From an uncultured candidate division Zixibacteria bacterium (lineage in GTDB: Bacteria > Zixibacteria > MSB-5A5 > GN15 > FEB-12), in the NCBI GenBank assembly GCA_963664195.1, contig OY760907.1:2176001-2240000 (forward strand): a DNA stretch of 64,000 bases, written 5' to 3'. The notes under the pieces were generated by a model. That model did not search any database and was not told where the DNA came from. It worked only from the letters and a program-made list of their open reading frames with translations. This document shows, piece after piece, positions 29,770-40,426 of the stretch (its first letter is position 1; every line of letters begins with the position of its first letter). The position numbers and the translations under genes are program-made.

Positions 29770-30501
29770 ATGGCGCAATTATCAGTTAATCTCGACGGAG
29801 TCGCGGTACTTCGCGAAGCACGCACGTTTGGTGAGCCGGACCCGGCGCAGGCGGCGGTGTTGGCTGAGATGGGTGGAGTCGATGGCTTGGCGATCCAGCT
29901 TCGTCGCGACCGCAAACACATCCGTGATCGTGATTTGTACATCCTCCGCGAAGTGGTGAAGACCAGGCTGACTATTGAGATTCCCCCCACGGATGATCTG
30001 ATCGAGCGCGTGCTTGAAGTCAAGCCGGCAATGGTGACGTTTGTTGCCGATCATGCCGACAGCGACATGCCCGTCTCCGGGATCGACTTTGCGGTGCCGG
30101 GCATTGATTTTTCCGATACCGCTACGCGGTTCAAAGGGGTTGGAACCGGTGTCTGTTTCCTGATCGAGCCGGAGACCCAGGCAGTCAAGGGAGCCTCGAA
30201 AGCGGGTGCCGATGCCGTGCTTATCAATTGCAGCGGGTTCAACGAGGCACGGACGCTCGATGAAGCACAGCGGGAGTTGGATCGTATAGATTCCTGTGCT
30301 CAGGCAGCCTCAAAAGCCGGCCTGGGCGTTTACGCCGGCGGTGGAGTCAACTACAAGAATGTCCCGGCCCTCCACGAGTTGGGGTTAATCGACGAGTTCT
30401 TTGTGGGGCATGCTGTCGTCTCACGTGCACTGCTCCGCGGCTTTGAGACCGCAGTCGCAGATATGGTGGCACTAATCAAAACCGACCGGACTCAGGGTTA
30501 G
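29770..30501 (+). CDS. pdxJ: PdxJ (pyridoxine 5'-phosphate synthase) homolog with degenerate active site
   Basis: VNLD..LREAR..EPDP, RRDRKHI and GHAV..RA align to PdxJ; several catalytic His/Glu residues replaced. Confidence 0.8.
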   Translation: MAQLSVNLDGVAVLREARTFGEPDPAQAAVLAEMGGVDGLAIQLRRDRKHIRDRDLYILREVVKTRLTIEIPPTDDLIERVLEVKPAMVTFVADHADSDMPVSGIDFAVPGIDFSDTATRFKGVGTGVCFLIEPETQAVKGASKAGADAVLINCSGFNEARTLDEAQRELDRIDSCAQAASKAGLGVYAGGGVNYKNVPALHELGLIDEFFVGHAVVSRALLRGFETAVADMVALIKTDRTQG

Positions 30502-30508
30502 CACGCGA

Positions 30509-31504
30509 ATGACACCTGAGAACAACGCCGGCAGCGAGACCGTGACTATCACTGTCCCTGACGACTGTGCCCGCGAACGGCTGGATAAGTTTCTCGGTAA
30601 CCTCGACAATCTCAAGCTATCTCGTACCAAAGTAGTCAAGCTGCTTTCCGAGGGGCTGGTCCTGGTGAACGGTGCGGTTGTTGCAGGCAAGTTTGTACTC
30701 ACCGGTGGCGAGACAATTGAGATCACCGTCCCCCCCCGGACTGTCACCGAGATTATTGGCGAAGACATCCCGATTGACATCATCTACGAGGATGAGCATT
30801 TGGCGGTTGTCAACAAGCAGGCAGGGTTGGTGACGCATCCGGCGGTGGGCAATCGATCCGGGACCCTGGTCAATGCGCTGGTTCATCATTTCGGGAAGCT
30901 CTCTGAACAGGCGGGATCTGACCGTCCGGGGATCGTCCATCGCCTCGACAAAAATACTTCCGGACTGCTGGTGATTGCGCGCGACGATGAGACTTACGTA
31001 GCCTTACAGCAGGCGATTCAATCCCGCGAGTTGAAGCGCACCTACCACGCACTTATATGTGGTCACGTTCAAGAAGAACACGGGTTGATCGATTTGCCGA
31101 TTGGACGCTCCACTCGCAATCGAACACGGATGGCGATTACTTCTGTTAAGGGCCGCGAATCAGTGACTGAATACCAGTTGTTGAAACGATATCGCTCCTA
31201 TGATTTGCTGGAAGTCTCGTTGCATACGGGACGGACACACCAGATCAGAGTGCACTTCTCTCATCTCGGACACCCCGTTTTTGGCGACCCGGATTACGGT
31301 GGCCGCGAGAAATGGCACAAGGGGATGTTTGCCCCGGAACGTCCGCTGGCGAGGAAGCTGTTTGGTGTTTTTGACCGTCAGGCGTTACATGCGAAAAAGC
31401 TCGAGTTTGTCCACCCGGCGACGGGGGAGGCGATGAGTTTCGAGAGCGACCTGCCGGAAGATTTCCATAACCTTCTCGCTATGCTTGACGAAGAGGGCGC
31501 GTAA
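30509..31504 (+). CDS. rluD: RluA-family 23S rRNA pseudouridine synthase with S4 domain
   Basis: RLDKFL, GIVHRLDKNTSG, TGRTHQIRVH. Confidence 0.92.
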   Translation: MTPENNAGSETVTITVPDDCARERLDKFLGNLDNLKLSRTKVVKLLSEGLVLVNGAVVAGKFVLTGGETIEITVPPRTVTEIIGEDIPIDIIYEDEHLAVVNKQAGLVTHPAVGNRSGTLVNALVHHFGKLSEQAGSDRPGIVHRLDKNTSGLLVIARDDETYVALQQAIQSRELKRTYHALICGHVQEEHGLIDLPIGRSTRNRTRMAITSVKGRESVTEYQLLKRYRSYDLLEVSLHTGRTHQIRVHFSHLGHPVFGDPDYGGREKWHKGMFAPERPLARKLFGVFDRQALHAKKLEFVHPATGEAMSFESDLPEDFHNLLAMLDEEGA

Positions 31505-31550
31505 GAGCGCTCCGACTCCAAAAAACAAGTCCGCTCAATGCCCTTTTTTA

Positions 31551-31579
31551 TTGCTCCAAGCCGCTCAATGGGGTAAACT
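31551..31579 (+). promoter_or_regulatory. Putative sigma70 promoter of mreB
   Basis: TTGCTC-N17-TAAACT; direct repeat CCGCTCAATG at 31531 and 31561. Confidence 0.5.
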
Positions 31580-31669
31580 TATCTGGATTTGTTTCGATAG
31601 TAAGGATATCGAATGCGGCTGTCCACACGGCCGTTATTTCTCAGGGATGACTGACTAAAGGGATGTACT

Positions 31670-32701
31670 TTGGGTTTCTTTGACCTACTTTCCAACGATA
31701 TTGGAATCGACCTCGGCACTGCCAACACTCTGGTTTATGTTCGCAATCAGGGTATCGTGCTCAACGAGCCGTCGGTAGTCGCAATCGAGAAAAGCACCGA
31801 GAAAATCTTGGCCATCGGTTCCGCGGCCAAAGAGATGACCGGACGTACCCCCGGCGGCATAGAAGCTATCCGCCCGCTCAAGGATGGCGTCATCGCTGAT
31901 TTCGAAATGTCGGAGCGGATGATCGCCGATTTCATCCGTCGCGTAGTCAAACACAAGTACCTGATGAAACCACGTATTGTCATTTCGGTGCCTTCGGGAA
32001 TTACCGAGGTGGAGAAACGTGCCGTGCGTGACTCGGCCGAAAACGCCGGTGCCCGCGAGGTCTACCTGCTCCAGGAGCCTATGGCGGCGGCAATCGGTGT
32101 CGGGCTGGCTGTTGATCAGCCGACCGGTATCATGATTATTGATATTGGTGGCGGAACCTCGGAAATCGCTGTTATCGCGCTGAATGGTATTGTCAACGAT
32201 ACTTCCATCCGCGTGGCTGGCGACGAGTTCAACGACGCTATCATTAATTATCTTAAGAAAAACTACAATCTGCTGATCGGTGAACTTACCGCCGAGGATA
32301 TCAAGATCAAGATCGGATCGGCCTTTGCGTTGGACAAAGAGCTTTCGATGGAAATCAAGGGCCGCGACCTCGTGGCCGGTGTCCCGAAAAATCTCAAAGT
32401 CTCCTCCGTGCAGATTCGCGAGGCACTTTCTGAAACGCTCGATATCGTTGTGGAGGCGGTTCGGCAGGCTCTGGAGCTTACCCCGCCGGAGTTGGCCTCT
32501 GATATTCTGGAACGTGGAATTGTCCTCACCGGCGGTGGCGCACTGCTGAGAGGGTTGGACAAACGACTTCGGCAGGAAACCAACCTTCCGGTTAACGTAG
32601 CCGAGGATCCTCTGAGCTGTGTGGTTCGTGGTACCGGCAAGGTGCTCGAGGATTTTGCTAAATTCACTAAGGTGCTGGAGAAGAGCCGCCGGGATCGGTA
32701 G
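31670..32701 (+). CDS. mreB: Rod shape-determining protein MreB
   Basis: [31 protein letters not shown] start. Confidence 0.97.
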   Translation: MGFFDLLSNDIGIDLGTANTLVYVRNQGIVLNEPSVVAIEKSTEKILAIGSAAKEMTGRTPGGIEAIRPLKDGVIADFEMSERMIADFIRRVVKHKYLMKPRIVISVPSGITEVEKRAVRDSAENAGAREVYLLQEPMAAAIGVGLAVDQPTGIMIIDIGGGTSEIAVIALNGIVNDTSIRVAGDEFNDAIINYLKKNYNLLIGELTAEDIKIKIGSAFALDKELSMEIKGRDLVAGVPKNLKVSSVQIREALSETLDIVVEAVRQALELTPPELASDILERGIVLTGGGALLRGLDKRLRQETNLPVNVAEDPLSCVVRGTGKVLEDFAKFTKVLEKSRRDR

Positions 32702-32739
32702 CCTCTCTTTCAATTCAGCCGAGCTTTTAGCCAATTATG

Positions 32740-32772
32740 TGCCGTTGGACGACCCCGTCCGACGGCATTTTT
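32740..32772 (+). terminator. Intrinsic terminator after mreB
   Basis: TGCCGTTGGACG-ACCC-CGTCCGACGGCA followed by TTTTT. Confidence 0.8.
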
Positions 32773-32897
32773 CGTTGAGCATGGGAGAGTCTCGTCCATT
32801 GAGTCTGTTTTTTTCTCCTTCCGGGATGATTTTCCTCCTCCGGGTTTACTAAGGGGCAGAGAGAACAAAGAAGACGAACTCAAAAAGGAGAGCTAAA

Positions 32898-33458
32898 ATG
32901 AAAAAGACTCTGATGATTTTGGTAGCTGCCGCGCTTCTGACTGCGCCGGCACTCATGGCCCAGCAGGGCAATTGCGATGGAAACGGACCCGGTCGTGGAT
33001 TTGGCGACGGCTATGGAAGGCATATGGGCCTCGGCGGTGATTTCGACGGCAGAGGCGGTCGTGGAATGGGCATGCTTCTGGCACACGCCGAGGAGCTTGG
33101 CCTGACTGACCAGCAGGTGAGCGCGCTTGAGGATATGCGGAGTGAATTCCAGCTGGCGCAGGTCGACCGAAAGGCCGAGCTGAAGAAGGCCGAGATCAAA
33201 CTGAAGGACCTTATGCGCGACGAGGCGCCGCAATCGCAGATTCTCAGCCAGATGGACAAAATCGGTGTCATGAAGACCGAGATGAAGAAGGTTCAGTACC
33301 AGCATCGCGAGGCGGTCAAGAATGTGCTTACCGCGGAACAGCAGGAAAAGATGAAGGATTTCCGCAAGGACTTCGGCAAGAGATCTAGAGGTAACGGCTC
33401 AGGGCCGGGCAATCGTGGCCAGGGCCGCCGTGGCCAGGGCATGGGACGCGGTCTCTGA
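32898..33458 (+). CDS. Spy/CpxP-family periplasmic protein (LTxxQ)
   Basis: SD AAGGAG; signal peptide; LGLTDQQ and VLTAEQ motifs; Gly/Arg-rich termini. Confidence 0.85.
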   Translation: MKKTLMILVAAALLTAPALMAQQGNCDGNGPGRGFGDGYGRHMGLGGDFDGRGGRGMGMLLAHAEELGLTDQQVSALEDMRSEFQLAQVDRKAELKKAEIKLKDLMRDEAPQSQILSQMDKIGVMKTEMKKVQYQHREAVKNVLTAEQQEKMKDFRKDFGKRSRGNGSGPGNRGQGRRGQGMGRGL

Positions 33459-33491
33459 TTCTGACACTTTCTCACTGACACTCCTGTCAGG

Positions 33492-33520
33492 CAAAGCCCA
33501 CCGTAAGGTGGGCTTTGTTG
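33492..33520 (+). terminator. Intrinsic terminator
   Basis: CAAAGCCCACC-GTAA-GGTGGGCTTTG. Confidence 0.8.
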
Positions 33521-33561
33521 TTCTGGGGAGCTTATCGGTGGACATCAAAGGAGATTGCGAT

Positions 33562-33652
33562 GTAGGTCGAGACTCCCGCAGTTTCGACAACACTGGTTAC
33601 GTGCGAGCCTGTCGAAGTGTCCCCCGCAGGTCTGAAGACAGACCTGCGCTAC
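33562..33652. repeat. REP-like mosaic 4 (convergent REP pair)
   Basis: GTAGGTCGAGAC..GTTTCGAC (33562-33589) and reverse GTAGCGCAGGTCTGTCTTCAGACCTGCG (33625-33652). Confidence 0.85.
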
Positions 33653-34608
33653 AAAGTCGCCGCCAGATACTCTTCAATCAACAGGTAGTTCATACGGGCT
33701 TCAAAGTTCAGCGATGCTAAGTTTTCCGTACTGAGCCGGCAGCCGTTTTCAAGCGGGAGCCACTCGTAGTTGTCGAATTCACGGTGATCTGGCTCGAGTG
33801 TTGTCAGGCGGTCCTCGATTTCAGTGAGAGTCAGAGAAGTCGTGATCAGGCAGAATGACTGCGGACGTTCTCCCCGGAAAACCTCGATAGCCCATGCGAG
33901 TGGAACAATTGCGAAGTCGCTGTCGACAAGATTCAACTCTTCTCGCACTTCACTGCGGAGAGCAGTCTCCGTCAAATCCGCCAGATTGGGACAAGTTGTT
34001 GTCCAATCGACCCCACCAGCCGCCGAGGGGCCGTAGCTGGATTCCATCGAGGCGAGATTCTCAGACCGCTTGACCTGGAGAAGATACCGGCGACCGTCTT
34101 CTTCGGCCATCAGGTAGCCACATACTCCGAGGCTAATCGCGAGGGGATTCGTCTCGATGGTATGGTTTCGGTGATTGGTCAGATAGTATTCGCGCAACGT
34201 TCCGCCGTGAGTCGCGAATAGCTCGTGTTTCAGGTCGAGCGCGTAGCAGGTGCCGGCCTGAAGACCGTAGTCAACGGGTTGCACGGTGATGGATGGCTTT
34301 GGCGACGTGAGGTCACACGCGGCAAGTTTCATGGCCGGAAAACCATCGTAAAGTCGGCCTTCGTCTCGCATGCTCCGTTCAACTCCGACAGCAAACTGTG
34401 CGATCAGCGGATCATCGACTTCAAAAGGCTCGTCCAGAAACTTCATCTGAATGCCTGCGGGATCAACAGCGTGCGGGCCGAAAAACCGCACGATATCGTA
34501 GTAAGCCGAGTCGCCTCTGTGACCAACGCCGACCATCCGCTCGTGTGCGGAAGCACGAAAATGCATCGCGAGAACGTCAGCGAGTTTAGAATCGTCCAAG
34601 TATCTCAT
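33649..34608 (-). CDS. Hypothetical protein with Nudix-like motif
   Basis: 319-aa ORF; SAAGGVD...RSEVREELNL resembles a Nudix box; overlaps the EamA 3' end. Confidence 0.65.
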   Translation of the reverse strand: MRYLDDSKLADVLAMHFRASAHERMVGVGHRGDSAYYDIVRFFGPHAVDPAGIQMKFLDEPFEVDDPLIAQFAVGVERSMRDEGRLYDGFPAMKLAACDLTSPKPSITVQPVDYGLQAGTCYALDLKHELFATHGGTLREYYLTNHRNHTIETNPLAISLGVCGYLMAEEDGRRYLLQVKRSENLASMESSYGPSAAGGVDWTTTCPNLADLTETALRSEVREELNLVDSDFAIVPLAWAIEVFRGERPQSFCLITTSLTLTEIEDRLTTLEPDHREFDNYEWLPLENGCRLSTENLASLNFEARMNYLLIEEYLAATL

Positions 34609-35536
34609 CGGCCATAAACAGAAGTGTGACGCCGCCGACTGCCAGCAGGGCGCCGAAGATTGCTCGTATGGTCACTTTCTCTTTGTAGTATAGAATAACG
34701 TTTGGAATAATCCAAATAGGGGTTGTGGCATTGAGTGTCGCGGCGATTCCGGCTGCTATGTAGGTTACAGCTATCAACGAGGTCCAGACCCCGAGGAACG
34801 GTCCGAAAATCGCCCCCCCGAGAGCAAACAACATGGCGGGGGCATGCTTGAATCCGCGAAGGGTGTCTACAAGTTTACCCCGGATGATGGCGAAGGCCCA
34901 GATAATGATCATGGAAGAGAGCATACGAATGAACGACGCAGGGAGTGCCTCCAGCGGCTCACCGGCATCGAGCATGGCATACTTGGACAGCACAAGCCCG
35001 GTCGCCTGTCCGAATGCGGCAAGCAATCCCAACATAATGCCTTTGAATAGCGAACCCTCGTCCGGGTGCCCGCTCTGAAGGTTGAAGTGATTGCCGTTTT
35101 TGAACTGCCGTTCCGTGACAACCCAGGACACACCGCCGATGGTCACCGCGATTCCCAGCAAATGTACGACATGCAGCTTCTCACCGAGAAACACCCAGGC
35201 GATGATAGTCGCTATGATCGGAGCCGTGCCCCACATGAGCGTGGTCAACCGGGGACCGATCATCACGAGGGCTTTGAATCCGCAGCCGTCGCCGATCACC
35301 AGACCGATCAAGCCGGACATCGCCAGCCAGACGATCTGGGCGGTATTGATATTTTCGGGGAAGAGGCGTCCGGTGGTAGACAGAAGGATGATGCAGTAGA
35401 TGGCGACAGCGAGAACCAGCCGGATACAATTGACTCTGAACGAGCCGACCCGCCGTCCGGCCTCGGAAAAGAAAATGGCCGTAAACGACCAGCACAGTGC
35501 AGTAGTCAGAGCAGCAAGTTCACCGGCGTATGGCAT
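34586..35536 (-). CDS. EamA/DMT family transporter
   Basis: About 10 TM in two EamA repeats; FLGEK and YKEK motifs. Confidence 0.9.
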   Translation of the reverse strand: MPYAGELAALTTALCWSFTAIFFSEAGRRVGSFRVNCIRLVLAVAIYCIILLSTTGRLFPENINTAQIVWLAMSGLIGLVIGDGCGFKALVMIGPRLTTLMWGTAPIIATIIAWVFLGEKLHVVHLLGIAVTIGGVSWVVTERQFKNGNHFNLQSGHPDEGSLFKGIMLGLLAAFGQATGLVLSKYAMLDAGEPLEALPASFIRMLSSMIIIWAFAIIRGKLVDTLRGFKHAPAMLFALGGAIFGPFLGVWTSLIAVTYIAAGIAATLNATTPIWIIPNVILYYKEKVTIRAIFGALLAVGGVTLLFMADEILGRF

Positions 35537-35728
35537 GTTTCTCCTGTGGGGAACCTATCACACGATAAGTCGCGTGTGATGCCCGTTGCATACTTATCCC
35601 TCCGCTTTTCACAGTATCAATTGCGGACAGTCACGTCCGGCATATTGGCGTCCAACAGGATAAGGCAATTCATGACTATGCGCAAACTCGGCATGATAGT
35701 TGTGCTGTAATCAATCGGTGTTTGTGCA

Positions 35729-36229
35729 ATGAAAAGACAGCTACGATATTACATCTGCAACAGTCCTCTCGCTCTGTCGGTTATCGGTACAAGAGATCCC
35801 GGGGCAACAAAAGAGGATATTAATCTGGATCCTGATCGGGGTCTGGTTTGCATACACCCGTATTCGATACAGACACGCCCAACGTCTTTGAGTTCTGAGA
35901 CGGGGGCGTTCACTTTCAACCTGTCCGACAACGTCATTCAACACGCACCGCCTGTTGAACCCGATTTCGTCCCCTGCCATCCCACGTCCTACGCACTCGA
36001 CAACTCATTCATCGCTATCCGCTCCGAAGGGAAACTGCCCCTCAGAGGCTTCTCGGGTGCGATGACCGCCAACGACAGCTTCCATCCGACCATTGTTCAT
36101 CTTTTTGCTCGCTTACTGTTACGCTATGAAAACAGATATCGAATTGACTGTCCCCACAGCTTGAACGCCCCCGGCGATATGACTACAATGCTTCAGGAAC
36201 GACATCCGATGCCGGAATTGTGTGAATGA
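35729..36229 (+). other. Doubtful ORF / unexplained intergenic segment
   Basis: 166-codon ORF with no recognisable motif or SD; ends before a bidirectional-looking hairpin. Confidence 0.2.
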
Positions 36230-36269
36230 TTGGTGTGAAGATGAGAATCTGAAATCATCTATTCACGGA

Positions 36270-36307
36270 GAAAGGGCGGAGGAGATGCTGATCTCTTCCG
36301 CCCTTTC
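36270..36307. terminator. Strong hairpin terminator of gyrA (possibly bidirectional)
   Basis: GAAAGGGCGGAGGAGAT-GCTG-ATCTCTTCCGCCCTTTC. Confidence 0.85.
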
Positions 36308-36334
36308 GTTTGTCCGATCTCAGATCGTCAGCGG

Positions 36335-38770
36335 TTACTCGTCATCCTCCGGCACTACTCTGGCGACATCGGTTACCAGATCGCCTTCGTCGAGGCTGAT
36401 CAGCCTCACGCCCTGCGTGGCCCTACCGATCACTTTGATCTGTTTGACCGCCTGGCGATTGGCGATGCCGTTCTTGGTGATCAGGATCAGCTCATCGGAG
36501 TCGAGTACTTCCTTTATCGCAACAACCTCGCCGTTGCGCTCGGATGTCCTGACATTGATGACCCCTTTGCCGCCACGGTTGGTCATGCGGTAGTCCTCAA
36601 TGGAGGTCCGCTTACCGTAGCCGTTTTCGGTAGCGACCAGAAGCGTGCTGTCACGTCCTACTGCGACCATGCCAACCACGTAGTCATCCTTGGCGAGATT
36701 GATGCCCTTGACTCCGTAGGCCGCGCGGCCCATCGTTCGCACCTTGTTTTCGGGGAACCTGATCGCCATGCCCTTGCGTGTACCCAGCACGATTTCATAG
36801 CTGCCGTCGGTGATGGCGGCTTCGATCAACTCGTCGTCGCGGTCGCCGATTCCCATGGCGTTCACGCCCATCTTGCGCGGGTTGGAAAACGCGTCCAGGC
36901 TCGTCTTTTTGACAATGCCGTTGCGGGTGGCGAGAACAATGAACTTGTCCGGGGCGAAGTCCCTCACCTTAACGAATCCGGTTACCTGTTCATCCTTCTG
37001 CATCTGGCAAAGATTGACGATAGGCTTCCCTTTGGCCAGCTTGCCGCCGGTCGGGATTGTGTGAACCTTCACCCAGTAGCAGCGCCCCTGGTTAGAGAAG
37101 AACAGGATGTAATCATGAGTCGAGCCGATGAAAATATGCTCGGCGAAGTCTTCAGTTTTGGTCTCGATACCGATCACACCACGTCCGCCCCGATGCTGCC
37201 GACGATACTGCGAAACCGAGAGGCGCTTGACGTAGCCGAGATGCGAAATGGTAAGCACCATATCTTCCTCGGCGATTAGGTCTTCGACCGTCAGTTCATC
37301 GGCGGCTTCCTGGATTTCCGTCCGGCGATCATCGCCGTATTTCTTGGCCAGTGCAGTTGTTTCGTCCTTGATGATCTTCATCCGAAGATCGCGTGACTCG
37401 AGAATGCCTTTCAGTTCGGCAATCTTCTTGATGAGTTCGAGATATTCCTCTTCAATCTTCTGGCGCTCAAGTCCGGTCAGGCGCTGCAGGCGCATCTCCA
37501 GAATGGCTGTTGCCTGAATCTCGGAGAGCTTGAATTTCTTCATCAAGCCCGTTTTGGCGGTCGGCGTATCCTTGGACTTCTTGATTAACTCTATAACTTC
37601 ATCGATATTGTCCAGCGCGATCCGGTAGCCTTCAAGAATGTGTGCCCGCTCTTCGGCTTTCCGGAGATCATACTGGGTCCGACGAACAACAACCTCGTGC
37701 CGATGATCAATGAACGCCTGTATCAGCTCTTTCAGAGATAGCTGTTTCGGGACACCGTGGTCGAGGCCGAGCATTGTCACAGAGAAAGTCGTCTGCATGG
37801 TGGTGTGCGTATAGAGCTGATTTAAGACGACATCGAGAATAGCATCCCGCTTGAGTTCGACGACGATACGCATGCCGTCGCGGTCGGACTCGTCGCGAAG
37901 ATCAGAAATGCCTTCAATCCGCTTATCCCGGACCAGATCCGCAATCTTCTCGAGCAGGTTAGACTTGTTCACCTGGTAGGGGATCTCGTTTATGACAATG
38001 GCTTCTTTTCCGTTGCGCATGTGTTCGGCCACAGCGCGCGCTCTTACTGATATGTGCCCCTTGCCGGTCATGTAGGCCTGGCGGATGCCCTCGCGACCGT
38101 TGATGATGCCCGCAGTCGGGAAATCCGGTCCGGGGACAATCTCGATGAGGTCCTGGTTGGTGCAATCGGGATCTTCAATGACTGCCACGATTGCCGCCGC
38201 TATTTCTCTCAGGTTATGCGGCGGAAGACTTGTGGCCATACCCACGGCAATACCGGTTGTACCGTTGCAGAGCAGGCACGGAAACTTGCCTGGCAGAACG
38301 GTCGGCTCTTTGCGCGTGGTATCGTAGTTGTCCATGAGGTCGACCGTCTCTTTTTCCAGATCGGCCAGCATTTCCATGGCGATCGGTGTCAGACGTGCCT
38401 CAGTGTAACGCATAGCAGCCGCGCCGTCGCCGTCGACAGAGCCGAAGTTGCCCTGTCCGTTGACGAGCGGGTAGCGCATGTTGAAATCCTGCGCCATACG
38501 CACCAGTGTCGGATAGACAACCTGCTCACCGTGAGGGTGATAGTTACCGGAAGTATCACCGCATATTTTCGCACATTTGCGGGGCGGTTTGCCGGGGTTC
38601 AAGCTGAGGTCGTTCATGGCAACGAGGATTCTTCGGTTCGACGGTTTCATGCCGTCGCGGATATCCGGCAATGCACGGTTGGTGATAACCGACATTGAGT
38701 AGTCGAGATACGAAGACTTCATTTCCTCTTCGAGGAAGATAGTCTCGATACGTTGACGCTCTATGGCCAT
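36335..38770 (-). CDS. gyrA: DNA gyrase subunit A
   Basis: RALPD, YHPHG, AAMRYTE catalytic Tyr, GyrA-box QHRGGRG, C-terminal pinwheel repeats. Confidence 0.98.
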   Translation of the reverse strand: MAIERQRIETIFLEEEMKSSYLDYSMSVITNRALPDIRDGMKPSNRRILVAMNDLSLNPGKPPRKCAKICGDTSGNYHPHGEQVVYPTLVRMAQDFNMRYPLVNGQGNFGSVDGDGAAAMRYTEARLTPIAMEMLADLEKETVDLMDNYDTTRKEPTVLPGKFPCLLCNGTTGIAVGMATSLPPHNLREIAAAIVAVIEDPDCTNQDLIEIVPGPDFPTAGIINGREGIRQAYMTGKGHISVRARAVAEHMRNGKEAIVINEIPYQVNKSNLLEKIADLVRDKRIEGISDLRDESDRDGMRIVVELKRDAILDVVLNQLYTHTTMQTTFSVTMLGLDHGVPKQLSLKELIQAFIDHRHEVVVRRTQYDLRKAEERAHILEGYRIALDNIDEVIELIKKSKDTPTAKTGLMKKFKLSEIQATAILEMRLQRLTGLERQKIEEEYLELIKKIAELKGILESRDLRMKIIKDETTALAKKYGDDRRTEIQEAADELTVEDLIAEEDMVLTISHLGYVKRLSVSQYRRQHRGGRGVIGIETKTEDFAEHIFIGSTHDYILFFSNQGRCYWVKVHTIPTGGKLAKGKPIVNLCQMQKDEQVTGFVKVRDFAPDKFIVLATRNGIVKKTSLDAFSNPRKMGVNAMGIGDRDDELIEAAITDGSYEIVLGTRKGMAIRFPENKVRTMGRAAYGVKGINLAKDDYVVGMVAVGRDSTLLVATENGYGKRTSIEDYRMTNRGGKGVINVRTSERNGEVVAIKEVLDSDELILITKNGIANRQAVKQIKVIGRATQGVRLISLDEGDLVTDVARVVPEDDE

Positions 38771-39000
38771 CGGGTCGCTTTCCTTTGCGATAAGCCGTTA
38801 CAATACAAAGATTTTGTTACTTGTAGAAGGTAGGTTCAATAGGCTGAAAATGCAACTAAAAACGGGCCGAAAGACGCGTTTTATCTTGTTTGATGACAAT
38901 GGGTTAGCGGGAACTACCTGACTGCTTCCCGAATGCGATGGGGAACGACTGAAAAACCCGTTTGGAAGACCGTTGCCAGCGGCAGATAATCATGCTGGCT

Positions 39001-39060
39001 GTAGGGCGGATCCGTCTTCGAATCCGCCGTTGCTGTGGGCGGCAGACGTATCGTCTGCCC
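39001..39060 (+). repeat. REP-like mosaic 5 (two tandem REPs)
   Basis: GTAGGGCGGATCCGTCTTCGAATCCGCC and GTGGGCGGCAGACGTATCGTCTGCCC. Confidence 0.8.
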
Positions 39061-39229
39061 GTTGGGATGATGGGGAAGGAGAGGATTGAAGAAAGACAAC
39101 GAATCAAAGAACGAACATTGAGACAGAGAAGACGCGGCCAGAAAAAGGCAATTGCCAGAGCGAGAACTATGTCTTAGTTTCCCGCTATACTTATCCGAAT
39201 TGTCTGAAGATGAATTGGCTGGAGATAGC

Positions 39230-40426
39230 ATGAAAATCTTGAAACTTGACGTTCAGGGCTTCCGATCGCTTCGGAATGTCTCGTGGGAACCCGGCAAACT
39301 GAATATCCTCATTGGTCCGAACGCCTCCGGTAAATCTAATCTCTTGCGACTAATAGAGTTAGTTGCGGTTTCCGCACAGGGCAGGCTCGGCAAGCACATC
39401 CAGAAGGACGGAGGGATGGAGCCGCTAGTATGGGATGGCAGCACTGGCGGAATCTCAATCAAGATAAAGAACTCACCGCTAGATGACTTCCGCGACTCTG
39501 ATCGAGAGTGTCTGACTTATGAACTGGAACTCGGTCGTATCGGAATATCCAGCGGATATAGAATTGACCACGAGTTATTGGGCAACTATCACAAGCTTGA
39601 AACTGGAGAGAGTGATCAGCCTTTCAAGTTCCTGGAACGTCATCAGTCAAGGGCGCACATATTCGATGAGAGTGAGAAAACGCTCACAGCTCCGGAGGAT
39701 CAGGTGCCCGAGCAAGAGACTCTTCTATCGCTTGCTGCCGGACCGTTCTCATTGAATTCCGTCATATCGAAGTTCCAATCTCAGCTAGCGGCATGGTCTG
39801 TGTATCATGACCTGCATGTAAACCATGATGCCCCGATCCGTCAGCCGTCCGTTGCGCGATCAGAAAAGAGGGTCGAGCCTGATGGCCAGAATCTGATATC
39901 AGTTCTGCATACGCTTTACACAGGTGACCGCGCCTTCAAGAACGAGATTAATACGGCGATGAAGTCGGCCTTTGGAGATGACTTCGACGAGTTGGTCTTC
40001 CCGCCAGCTTCCGACCAGCGCATTCAGCTTCGTGTTAGGTGGAAGAGTCTGAAACACGAGCAATCGGCAGCCGACCTTTCTGACGGCACTTTGCGGTTTC
40101 TCTTTCTCCTGAGTGTGCTGGCATCGCCAACTCCGCCTCCGGTGATAGCAATCGATGAACCGGAAACAGGCCTCCATCCGTCCATGATGCGAGTAGTTGC
40201 CGAGTATGCCATTGATGCGGCTGATCGTACTCAGGTCATCTTGACCACGCATTCTCCACAGTTTCTTGACGCCTTCAGCGATGCTCAGCCCACAACAACG
40301 GTAGTCAGGTGGCTTGATGGAGAAACAAGCCTCACGAACTTCGACAGTGACAAACTCAAGGCGTGGCTTAAGGAATACTCACTTGGCTCCTACTTCCTAT
40401 CGGGAGAACTGGAGTCGGAAGCATGA
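39230..40426 (+). CDS. ABC-type ATPase (AAA_21/COG4637-like, OLD/AriA-related)
   Basis: SD GGAG; Walker A GPNASGKS; signature LSDGT; Walker B IDEPETGLHP; H-loop TTHSP; no TM partner. Confidence 0.9.
   Translation: MKILKLDVQGFRSLRNVSWEPGKLNILIGPNASGKSNLLRLIELVAVSAQGRLGKHIQKDGGMEPLVWDGSTGGISIKIKNSPLDDFRDSDRECLTYELELGRIGISSGYRIDHELLGNYHKLETGESDQPFKFLERHQSRAHIFDESEKTLTAPEDQVPEQETLLSLAAGPFSLNSVISKFQSQLAAWSVYHDLHVNHDAPIRQPSVARSEKRVEPDGQNLISVLHTLYTGDRAFKNEINTAMKSAFGDDFDELVFPPASDQRIQLRVRWKSLKHEQSAADLSDGTLRFLFLLSVLASPTPPPVIAIDEPETGLHPSMMRVVAEYAIDAADRTQVILTTHSPQFLDAFSDAQPTTTVVRWLDGETSLTNFDSDKLKAWLKEYSLGSYFLSGELESEA

Noticed and set aside
35950..35976. tmRNA-like 5' end on the minus strand (GGGGACGAAATCGGGTTCAACAGG)
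   Set aside because: Has TTCAAC rather than TTCGAC, and I found no T-arm/CCACCA 3' end about 350 nt downstream
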